40,316 nucleotides of DNA, from the IMG/VR virus record IMGVR_UViG_2061766007_000136. One strand, written 5' to 3'. The notes beneath the pieces are model-generated. The model saw only the letters and a list, made by a program, of their open reading frames with translations, did no database searches and had not been told where the DNA came from. Of this stretch, positions 6,852 to 13,413 are shown piece by piece (position 1 is the stretch's first letter; every line of letters starts with the position of its first letter). Origin of the DNA: an uncultured virus (IMG/VR IMGVR_UViG_2061766007_000136) (Duplodnaviria; Heunggongvirae; Uroviricota; Caudoviricetes). The position numbers and the translations under genes are program-made.

Positions 6852-6928
6852 TGGTGAGCGCACTTGGATTTGAACCAAGGACAACCGCCATGTGACGACG
6901 GTGCTCTAGCCGACTGAGCTATACGCCC
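6852..6928 (-). tRNA. tRNA-Val(CAC)
   Basis: Loop GT-CAC-AT; CCA. Confidence 0.88.
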
Positions 6929-6954
6929 ATTTTGAAAACCTTATAAAACCAAAG

Positions 6955-7029
6955 ACCAAATACTGACCGTCTCGAACGTGCCTTCTCCCACACTAACGGG
7001 TGTTTTGCCTGATAAACTAAGCATTTGGT
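6955..7029 (-). ncRNA. degenerate tRNA-like element
   Basis: 10-bp terminal helix ACCAAATGCT/AGTATTTGGT, D-like arm and GTTCGAGAC loop. Confidence 0.35.
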
Positions 7030-7040
7030 TTCACGGAAAA

Positions 7041-7200
7041 AAGCCATACACCAGTGCGCACTGGCGCATGTTGTTACTAGACGTGCATTGGGGCGTTTTG
7101 TGCTTGTACAATACACCATTCTCGGTATCCCAGAGCGTTTTCGGGGGAAAGGCTCATGACTTCCTTTCTCTTGTTCCGCACTACTCACCTTCTAGTATCT
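7041..7200 (-). ncRNA. unknown structured RNA, copy A
   Basis: Homologous to 7261-7402 with compensatory changes. Confidence 0.7.
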
Positions 7201-7260
7201 ATTTTTCCAAAAGCCACAGAAGGGTTCTTTAGAAGCACCCTTACCGAAAAATCTAAAAAA

Positions 7261-7402
7261 GAGCCATGCGCCAGTGCGCCCTAACGCATGTTTTTACCAG
7301 ACGTGCTTGAGGCGTTTCATGCTATTACCAGAGCACTTTGCGGGGTGGCAGGCTCATGATTTCCCGTCCCATGTTTCCACAAATGCTCACCTTCTGGTAT
7401 CT
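7261..7402 (-). ncRNA. unknown structured RNA, copy B
   Basis: Homologous to 7041-7200. Confidence 0.7.
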
Positions 7403-7427
7403 CTTTGTTCCAGTTGAAAACCAGTTG

Positions 7428-7502
7428 TGGTAGGGGATGATAGAGTCGAACTATCGTCTGAACTTTATAAGAATTCGGTCCTAACCGTTGAACGAATCCC
7501 CC
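7428..7502 (-). tRNA. tRNA-Ile(TAT)
   Basis: Loop CT-TAT-AA; A73; CCA. Confidence 0.85.
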
Positions 7503-7523
7503 GTCATTTAAAACCTTTCTTAT

Positions 7524-7551
7524 AATATGGACTGTTTTTCCGAAAAATCAA
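7524..7551 (-). promoter_or_regulatory. sigma70-like promoter
   Basis: TTGATT-N16-CATATT. Confidence 0.6.
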
Positions 7552-7569
7552 GCCCCTTTGAAAACTTTT

Positions 7570-7644
7570 TGGCAACCCCTACTGGATTTGAACCCGTATC
7601 CTGTGGTTCAGAGCCACATATCCTGACCGTTGGACGAAGGGGTT
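7570..7644 (-). tRNA. tRNA-Gln(CTG)
   Basis: Loop CT-CTG-AA; G73; CCA. Confidence 0.85.
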
Positions 7645-7648
7645 GCTT

Positions 7649-8002
7649 TTAAATCTTGAACCAGAAATTGAGCAATGCGGTGGCGAGGTTCTCGTTCCTC
7701 GTGGAAATGGACTTCATCTCACCATCGACCATCCAGCCGTCTTCCAGCACCTTGATGTCCCTGACCTTCTTGCACTCGGCGATGATTTCCTCCGCCGTGG
7801 GAGCTGGCATCATGTTGCTTCCATCAGGGAACACATCAGACCGCCATTGGACATTCTCGCGTTCGCAAAGCTCGACCTGCTCGCCAGTGTCGTAGCTGTG
7901 GTGAATCCACACGTACACGGATTCAGGAAAAGCATTCTTCACCTTGTCGTTGTTGCACATCCCGTAGAATGGAACAAGCCCGTTGTCATTGATTATTTTC
8001 AT
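7649..8002 (-). CDS. hypothetical protein
   Basis: 117-aa ORF with GAGGAG SD. Confidence 0.75.
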   Translation of the reverse strand: MKIINDNGLVPFYGMCNNDKVKNAFPESVYVWIHHSYDTGEQVELCERENVQWRSDVFPDGSNMMPAPTAEEIIAECKKVRDIKVLEDGWMVDGEMKSISTRNENLATALLNFWFKI

Positions 8003-8023
8003 TTTGTCAACTCCTCTTTTTTT

Positions 8024-8098
8024 TGGTACCCCAGATGAGAATCGAACTCATGTCAACTGTCTGGCAGGCAGCTATACTAACCGCTGTACGACTGGAGC
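8024..8098 (-). tRNA. tRNA-Gly(GCC)
   Basis: Loop CT-GCC-AG; CCA. Confidence 0.85.
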
Positions 8099-8108
8099 AC
8101 TGTTAATA

Positions 8109-8185
8109 TGGCGTCCTTGGAGGGACTCGAACCCCCGACCTCTTGGTTCGTAGCCAAGCATTCTATCCAACTGGACTACAAGGAC
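8109..8185 (-). tRNA. tRNA-Arg(ACG)
   Basis: Loop CT-ACG-AA; CCA. Confidence 0.92.
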
Positions 8186-8215
8186 ACTTCAAAAACCATC
8201 CCTTCGAGTATCACC

Positions 8216-8267
8216 TAGACGCATTTTTCGATTAATCCTAAATCATTAAGATTGCTGTTAGCATCTA
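8216..8267 (-). ncRNA. RCAGCA element 4 (minimal form)
   Basis: TAGATGC..ACAGCAA-hairpin-AAAAAT-GCGTCTA. Confidence 0.6.
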
Positions 8268-8309
8268 ATCATCAACAACACGAAGGAGAAAGCAGTATTT
8301 TCAAAACCG

Positions 8310-8384
8310 TGGCACCTCTACTGGGAGTCGAACCCAGGTTGCTTGGCTGAGAACCAAATGTCCTGACCACTAGACGATGGAGGC
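8310..8384 (-). tRNA. tRNA-Glu(CTC)
   Basis: Loop TT-CTC-AG; CCA. Confidence 0.88.
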
Positions 8385-8421
8385 ATTGTGATATGTAAAT
8401 GTTTTGTTGTTTCCTAATTTA

Positions 8422-8497
8422 TGGCATCTCCAATGAGATTCGAACTCATGTCGTTGGGATGAAAACCCAATATCCTAGGCCTCTAGACGATGGAGAC
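8422..8497 (-). tRNA. tRNA-Glu(TTC)
   Basis: Loop TT-TTC-AT; CCA. Confidence 0.9.
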
Positions 8498-8584
8498 ATT
8501 GAAAATGGCACTTTTTTCTGTTCTTTTCCGATATTCTATAATATTTGGAGCATTTGCTCTTCGAACAGAAAAGCGTTGCAAAAG

Positions 8585-8825
8585 AAAGGAGCGACCTTTC
8601 ATCCACCAGTGCCTTGCTTGACGTGCTTCCTAGTAGCTCATTCCCAAGGTCATGGGAAGGATTGACTGACGTACATCCGTGACGGTCGGCGCAGTGGTGT
8701 CGCGGGTTCCCTAACGCCGACAAGGGAACGACCGCCATCGGTCGGACTCGGAACCGTCGAGGTTAATTTGATGTATTAATTGTAATTCCCTGTGAGAACA
8801 TGGGTCTCAACCGACCGACAATCCT
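8585..8825 (-). ncRNA. candidate structured RNA(s)
   Basis: GC-rich non-coding segment; AGGATTG/CAATCCT and TCGGTCGG/CCGACCGA helices. Confidence 0.35.
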
Positions 8826-8834
8826 CTCAAAAAC

Positions 8835-8893
8835 AAGGCTCGTTTTTTTCTATGACCAAAATATAGATTTAAGTGAGTTGCTGTATGAGCCTT
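8835..8893 (-). ncRNA. RCAGCA element 5 (minimal form)
   Basis: AAGGCTC..ACAGCAA-hairpin-A7C-GAGCCTT. Confidence 0.65.
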
Positions 8894-8901
8894 TGAAAAT
8901 C

Positions 8902-9012
8902 AAGATGCCATGTTTTTCAGCGTCCTAACCTATTAGACGAGTTCCGTAAGGAATGTCGGACTCGAACCGACATCTCTGGCGTGGTAGGCAAAAGATATGC
9001 TGTCGGCATCTT
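8902..9012 (-). ncRNA. RCAGCA element 6; permuted tRNA-like RNA
   Basis: AAGATGC..ACAGCAT; T-arm GTCGG-TTCGAGT-CCGAC, closed mini-acceptor TTCC-TTAC-GGAA, D-arm. Confidence 0.72.
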
Positions 9013-9028
9013 TCTGAAAACCTGAAAA

Positions 9029-9132
9029 CAAGACGCGGAACTCTCCGAAGAGAGGGTGTCGGGTTTGAACCGACTGGTGTTAGTTTTGCAGACTAATTTT
9101 CTCCTAAGAAGGTGATTGCTGTATGCGCCTTG
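9029..9132 (-). ncRNA. RCAGCA element 7 carrying a Cys(GCA) anticodon arm and T-arm
   Basis: AAGGCGC..ACAGCAA; TTAGT-CTGCAAA-ACTAA; GTCGG-TTCAAAC-CCGAC. Confidence 0.7.
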
Positions 9133-9154
9133 AAAAATGACTTTTGATTACTTA

Positions 9155-9228
9155 TGGTAGGCCTGGACGGTACCGACCCGTCTTCTCCAAATTAAAAGTT
9201 TGGTGCTTCACCTTAAAGCTTCAAGCCC
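9155..9228 (-). tRNA. tRNA-Lys(TTT)
   Basis: Loop CT-TTT-AA; atypical T-loop; CCA. Confidence 0.82.
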
Positions 9229-9256
9229 ACTCTAAACCAAAACCAAACTTGAAAAA

Positions 9257-9578
9257 GGTTTCCTTGCAACGTGTTGTGACACCAAAGCCCTGTCTTGACC
9301 ATCTGACCTCGCATACCGCCTGATGCTTTGCCCTTGCGTCCGCGTTCGCCTGCGATTGTCCCCAACAGCCCTCATCGGGACGGCAGGACGGCAATGGCTG
9401 TGAAGCCGTCGTCGCAACCGCCCACCATTATCGTCGTTAGGCAGTCTCCGTTAAGGCTCATGGGTTTGGCCTTGGGGTTTTTCGCAAGCGTATCAGCGTT
9501 TCCAAGGGGTCTGTCGCAATGCGACTCGGACACTCTTCAATACCGTGGGCACTTTTAACCCTAGGATTGCAGGAAACC
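9257..9578 (-). ncRNA. candidate ~320-nt structured RNA
   Basis: Terminal helix GGTTTCCTGCAA/TTGCAAGGAAACC; GC-rich; downstream of promoter 9653-9680. Confidence 0.6.
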
Positions 9579-9652
9579 AATACTGGCTTTCTATTCTAAA
9601 TATTCAGTTGTCAAAGAACTCAGGCGACCAATCCTTTTTCTGTCGCCTTTTT

Positions 9653-9680
9653 AATATGGTTCATGTTTTGCTTTTGTCAA
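9653..9680 (-). promoter_or_regulatory. sigma70-like promoter
   Basis: TTGACA-N16-CATATT. Confidence 0.7.
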
Positions 9681-9699
9681 GCAGAACAATCACATTTTA

Positions 9700-9775
9700 T
9701 GGCGGAGCTTCCGAGACTCGAACTCAGATTGACGGATTAACAGTCCGCTCTCCTAACCGATTGGAGGAAAGCTCC
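9700..9775 (-). tRNA. tRNA-Asn(GTT)
   Basis: Loop CT-GTT-AA; G73; CCA. Confidence 0.87.
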
Positions 9776-9779
9776 ATCT

Positions 9780-9857
9780 TGGCATCCTTGGTTGGACTCG
9801 AACCAACGACCCACTGCTTAGAAGGCAGTTGCTCCTATCCGACTGAGCTACAAGGAC
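9780..9857 (-). tRNA. tRNA-Arg(TCT)
   Basis: Loop CT-TCT-AA; CCA. Confidence 0.92.
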
Positions 9858-9867
9858 TTATATTTTT

Positions 9868-9944
9868 TGGCATCCTCGGTAGGACTCTAACCTACAATCT
9901 TCGGTTTCGGAAACCGATGCTCTGTACGGTTGAGCTACGAGGAC
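9868..9944 (-). tRNA. tRNA-Arg(CCG)
   Basis: Loop TT-CCG-AA; T-loop variant TTAGA; CCA. Confidence 0.87.
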
Positions 9945-9955
9945 ACTCGTGAAAC

Positions 9956-10355
9956 TGGTGGAGATGTCGGGGAACCGCCCCCCGATTCCTTGACAGCCTT
10001 AATCGCACGGATTCTTCACACGCTTGCCTTCATCCTGTTCTTGGCTGAAGATGACCTCAATCCATTTGTACTGTTCCAGAACTGCTTGGACTCGCCATTC
10101 TGGTAGGAACGCCTTTCTTTCCTTTTTCATGCCGTCCGTCCTGCGCTCGCTTGACGGCTAGCCATATCGGAATTGATTTGACACCTCACCGCTTATCCGA
10201 ATAGCGGATTTTTCCGTTGGTGCTCGCAGTCACTAAGCTGCGAGGGCGTAATCTGTATTCGCAGATATTTTTCGGTCGGGTTTTATAAGGAGCCTCCTGA
10301 CCAACTCCTGCATGCATCCATGTTTTCGACTGGAAGTCGAGTTTGTTTCATCCCC
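9956..10355 (-). ncRNA. ssrA: tmRNA
   Basis: 5' GGGGATG..TCGAC, 3' CATCTCCACCA with G3:U70; tag frame ANTDYALAA-stop at 10262-10233. Confidence 0.95.
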
Positions 10356-10434
10356 ATTTTCAAAGAGCCTTTTCCCATTGGCATCGCCAGTGGATTTCCT
10401 TTCGGAGAATCTCGTTTGATTGCCAACGTTCATT

Positions 10435-10462
10435 AATATACACCGTATTTTCGATTTTGCAA
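10435..10462 (-). promoter_or_regulatory. sigma70-like promoter upstream of tmRNA
   Basis: TTGCAA-N16-TATATT. Confidence 0.72.
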
Positions 10463-10494
10463 ATCGCTTTGTGCGATTTTTTCGATTTTTTTCT

Positions 10495-10522
10495 AATATG
10501 ACCTGTTTTTTGCGGAAGTCAA
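10495..10522 (-). promoter_or_regulatory. second tandem sigma70-like promoter
   Basis: TTGACT-N16-CATATT. Confidence 0.65.
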
Positions 10523-10542
10523 GTCATGTTGATGATTTTTTA

Positions 10543-10633
10543 TGGCGGAGGGTACAGGATTCGAACCTGTGAGCCTTTTTAGGGACTAGCGGTTTAGCAA
10601 ACCGTCGCAATAGACCAACTCTGCCAACCCTCC
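10543..10633 (-). tRNA. tRNA-Ser(GCT)
   Basis: Loop TT-GCT-AA; long variable arm; G73; CCA. Confidence 0.92.
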
Positions 10634-10640
10634 ATTGTCA

Positions 10641-10715
10641 TGGAGCCGATTCTCGGACTCGAACCGAGAACTTTCGCCTTACTAGAGCGATACTCTACCA
10701 TTGAGTTAAATCGGC
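10641..10715 (-). tRNA. tRNA-Thr(AGT)
   Basis: GCCGATT acceptor, U73; loop CT-AGT-AA. Confidence 0.88.
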
Positions 10716-10729
10716 AACCGAAGATTTTT

Positions 10730-10808
10730 TGGAGCCAGCGGGGGGATTCGAACCNNNNNNNNNNNNNNNNNNNNAACCAGACCTGTTGACCACTTAGGAA
10801 ACGCTGGC
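10730..10808 (-). tRNA. Thr-like tRNA, anticodon in N-gap
   Basis: GCCAGCG/CGCTGGC-TCCA; D-arm like that of the long-arm Thr at 2095. Confidence 0.7.
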
Positions 10809-10825
10809 ATCACCTGAAATCTTTA

Positions 10826-10918
10826 TGGTGGTCCACCGTGGATTCGAACCACTCGTCAAACCGACCCCCCTTATTTCATCGACACTGATTTTACAGACCA
10901 GCGGGAGGAAGATGAACC
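10826..10918 (-). tRNA. tRNA-Tyr(GTA) lacking a D-arm
   Basis: Loop CT-GTA-AA; D-arm replaced by CTTCCTCCC; enlarged variable arm; ACCA. Confidence 0.75.
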
Positions 10919-10952
10919 ATCGTTATTGAAAAATCTTTTGATAAAGAGCATT

Positions 10953-11000
10953 AAAAAAGCCCGTCAGGTTTTTCCTTTCGGATTATCCTTGACGGGCTTT
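10953..11000 (-). terminator. intrinsic terminator (attenuator) between leader ORF and tRNA array
   Basis: AAAGCCCGTCA...TGACGGGC-TTTTTT. Confidence 0.85.
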
Positions 11001-11028
11001 CTCGTTTTCTATCGGTTTCTGGGAGATT

Positions 11029-11166
11029 CTAGAACCTCCGCTCGTCAAAGGATAATCCATGCTTTCTACCTTCATCATAGAGTCCTTCATAGGCGCATGG
11101 CAACGTCGCAAAGACGCTATTGCGTTTTGCATTGCATGTGCTCTGACTCTTAATGGTAGTGGACAT
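11029..11166 (-). CDS. putative 45-aa leader (attenuator) peptide
   Basis: AAGGA SD; 3' codons complementary to the terminator 5' strand; 36 distinct codons in 45. Confidence 0.65.
   Translation of the reverse strand: MSTTIKSQSTCNAKRNSVFATLPCAYEGLYDEGRKHGLSFDERRF
11040..11058 (-). promoter_or_regulatory. antiterminator strand
   Basis: GGATTATCCTTTGACGAGC can pair with GCCCGTCAAGGATAATCC (10997-10980). Confidence 0.75.
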
Positions 11167-11314
11167 TGTTCTTTCCTTTGACTTTTTCGCCGTCGCTTTT
11201 GTCTGAAAAGCGAATCTGACTTTAGAAACTGATATAAACAAAAAGTTAAATCCGACGAGGTTTTGACCTCGGTGGAAGTCGAATCAAAACGCTGTTGTTT
11301 TGTTCAACGCTTAT

Positions 11315-11342
11315 AATATGGCACGTTTTTCTGAAATTGCAA
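11315..11342 (-). promoter_or_regulatory. sigma70-like promoter heading the RNA island
   Basis: TTGCAA-N16-CATATT. Confidence 0.72.
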
Positions 11343-11361
11343 GTCGACTCGTGAAATTTTT

Positions 11362-11925
11362 TCATTTTTTTTGAATTTTTTCATTCGGAAACGACTTTTC
11401 AACTGCATCAAGCCCTTTGACGATTTCTATGGCACAAGCCACAGCGCATCTGACGGCTTCCTCTGCCGTGCCCTTCTTGAATTGAACCAGACTGGATTCA
11501 CCGAATTCCACTCGCTCGCCACCGTACTTTTCAAAAGCCGTCTCAAACACGCGGGTGATTCCATCGACATCGTAAACCTCATCCAACTTAATGCCGTCTT
11601 CCTTCATCACCACGACATCGAACTTGTCATCGAATGTCATGCTCAAAGGAAGAATCCCAGCCCAGTATCTCCATTCCACGCCTTCGCTCCACTGGGAGTA
11701 TCTGGCGATGACATTAAAATCCATTTCACCAATCTTGAAATCCCTGTTGAACCCATAAAGATTCACGAGATTGTAGCCGTAGTCCAACTGGGCGTTGACG
11801 CAATTGCTGTTTTCATGGTCGAAGGAAATCGGCATGAACCCGTGGTCGTACAGCCATGCGATGTCCTTTGAAATATTGCTGGATTCACCAATCAGAATGT
11901 CGGCTTCTTTCAAATTCTCTTCCAT
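11362..11925 (-). CDS. hypothetical protein, paralogue family A
   Basis: Shares WL.DHGF and TAEEAV..AVA.AI motifs with the next two ORFs. Confidence 0.8.
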   Translation of the reverse strand: MEENLKEADILIGESSNISKDIAWLYDHGFMPISFDHENSNCVNAQLDYGYNLVNLYGFNRDFKIGEMDFNVIARYSQWSEGVEWRYWAGILPLSMTFDDKFDVVVMKEDGIKLDEVYDVDGITRVFETAFEKYGGERVEFGESSLVQFKKGTAEEAVRCAVACAIEIVKGLDAVEKSFPNEKIQKK

Positions 11926-11937
11926 TGTTTCTTTTCC

Positions 11938-12489
11938 TTATTCATTAAAACACTCTGGATGCTCGTCACGGTACTTGTCCATCTCCTTGTGGACTTCGAT
12001 TGCGAAGGCGACCGTCCTTTTCACGGCAATTTCAGCCGTCTTCCCCTTGAAGCACATCGTGATACCATGCTTCACGGCTTCCTCCTCGTCAGCCCCCATG
12101 CGTTTCTCGTACACACGGTCGTAGATGGTTCCAAACCTGTGCTTCATGGCGTATTGGAGTCTGCTGATGGATTCGCTCTTGAAGTCATTCTGCGGTATCA
12201 ACGCCATGTAGGTGTAATTCGGATGCATTCCGATTACATGCAGGTAGATGTTGAATGAATGGTTCTTGTAGTGAAACAACCTCTCGTACCCTGCGGAATG
12301 GGCGATGGTCATCCAGTCATTCTCGCCATAGGCATTGGGAACAAGGGTCTTGTCGTCGTCAACCGAATAGATTTCCCAAAACCCGTGGTTCAGCAACCAG
12401 TTGTGGCTTTCGGCTAATCCGTCTTCCTCTCCAATCACCGCCTGCACGAGCACTTCGTCCACGACATCGTATTTTTCCTCTTTGCTCAT
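11938..12489 (-). CDS. hypothetical protein, paralogue family A
   Basis: YDVVDEV, WLLNHGF, TAEIAVKRTVAFAI. Confidence 0.8.
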   Translation of the reverse strand: MSKEEKYDVVDEVLVQAVIGEEDGLAESHNWLLNHGFWEIYSVDDDKTLVPNAYGENDWMTIAHSAGYERLFHYKNHSFNIYLHVIGMHPNYTYMALIPQNDFKSESISRLQYAMKHRFGTIYDRVYEKRMGADEEEAVKHGITMCFKGKTAEIAVKRTVAFAIEVHKEMDKYRDEHPECFNE

Positions 12490-13040
12490 CTGAACACAAA
12501 CGCCTTTCTCTTGTACTGCGCCTCGAAGCGCATCCTGATGCTCTCCATCGCCCTGATTCCATAGGCGACCGCCTGCTTGACAGCCTCCTCAGCGGTATTG
12601 GCGACGAAACCATTGAGGCAATCAGCAGGCATGGACACCTCGAACATGTCGTAGATGTCGTTCTCCATGAAGTTACTTCTCAATGTATTGAACATGTCGC
12701 CATTGAATTTCTTTGGACTTATTTGCGAATGATACAAGCATCCATGATAGGAATCATCATCGCTTTCGCACTTGAATTCAAAATAAACATCGACATCGAA
12801 CTTAACATAGTCGCAAAAGTCCTTGACGCAGAAATTCTTGAACCTATGCAGGAATTGACGGGAAAAGCATATGGGAACCATCCACGATGTATTGCCGTTT
12901 TCAGGTCCAAAAACCTCATGGAAGTAATGGTCAAAAAGCCATTGCCTGTTCTTCGATATGTCGCACTCGGTGCCGATGGCATTCTGCGCCATCACCTCAT
13001 CCACGACATCGTATTCACTTTTTGTCTTTTTCTTCGCCAT
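12486..13040 (-). CDS. hypothetical protein, paralogue family A
   Basis: YDVVDEV, WLFDHYF, TAEEAVKQAVAYGI. Confidence 0.8.
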   Translation of the reverse strand: MAKKKTKSEYDVVDEVMAQNAIGTECDISKNRQWLFDHYFHEVFGPENGNTSWMVPICFSRQFLHRFKNFCVKDFCDYVKFDVDVYFEFKCESDDDSYHGCLYHSQISPKKFNGDMFNTLRSNFMENDIYDMFEVSMPADCLNGFVANTAEEAVKQAVAYGIRAMESIRMRFEAQYKRKAFVFR

Positions 13041-13410
13041 CGTTTTTGACATCTGTTTTATCCAATCCATTTTCAAGGAACAACTTGGGCAGGTATTCCA
13101 TGAATTCGTTTATCGCATTCAGCTTTTTCTGAAGGTACTCCATGTCCTCCTTGACGTACTCCCTGCATTTGTCCAGCTCGACCAACTGCTTCTCAACCGC
13201 GTCTGGAAAGGAAGTGCAGTCGTTTTTCTCCATTTTCCCTATCCCGAAATGGGCGTAGTTGCCACGCGAATCAAGCGATACAATTCCAAATCGGTGATTG
13301 TACGGCTGGTTCTTGTACTGTGCTGGCTTTTCCTTGAAAACGAGCCTGAACCCGTTGGATTCAAGCGTGAACGAATGCCGTCCTTCATTTTCATTCATCT
13401 CTATATTCAT
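13015..13410 (-). CDS. hypothetical protein
   Basis: 131-aa ORF in operon order. Confidence 0.75.
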   Translation of the reverse strand: MNIEMNENEGRHSFTLESNGFRLVFKEKPAQYKNQPYNHRFGIVSLDSRGNYAHFGIGKMEKNDCTSFPDAVEKQLVELDKCREYVKEDMEYLQKKLNAINEFMEYLPKLFLENGLDKTDVKNDGEEKDKK

Positions 13411-13413
13411 CTT

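Noticed and set aside
9257..9578. RNase P RNA
   Set aside because: The size fits, but the conserved GAGGAAAGUCC and ACAGAA..CGGCUUA regions are not recognisable.
252..10000. Short ORFs overlapping the tRNA island
   Set aside because: They run across tRNA and ncRNA genes and read as translated tRNA sequence.
10233..10433. 66-aa protein-coding gene
   Set aside because: Its 3' end is the tmRNA tag frame and the rest overlaps the tmRNA 5' domain.
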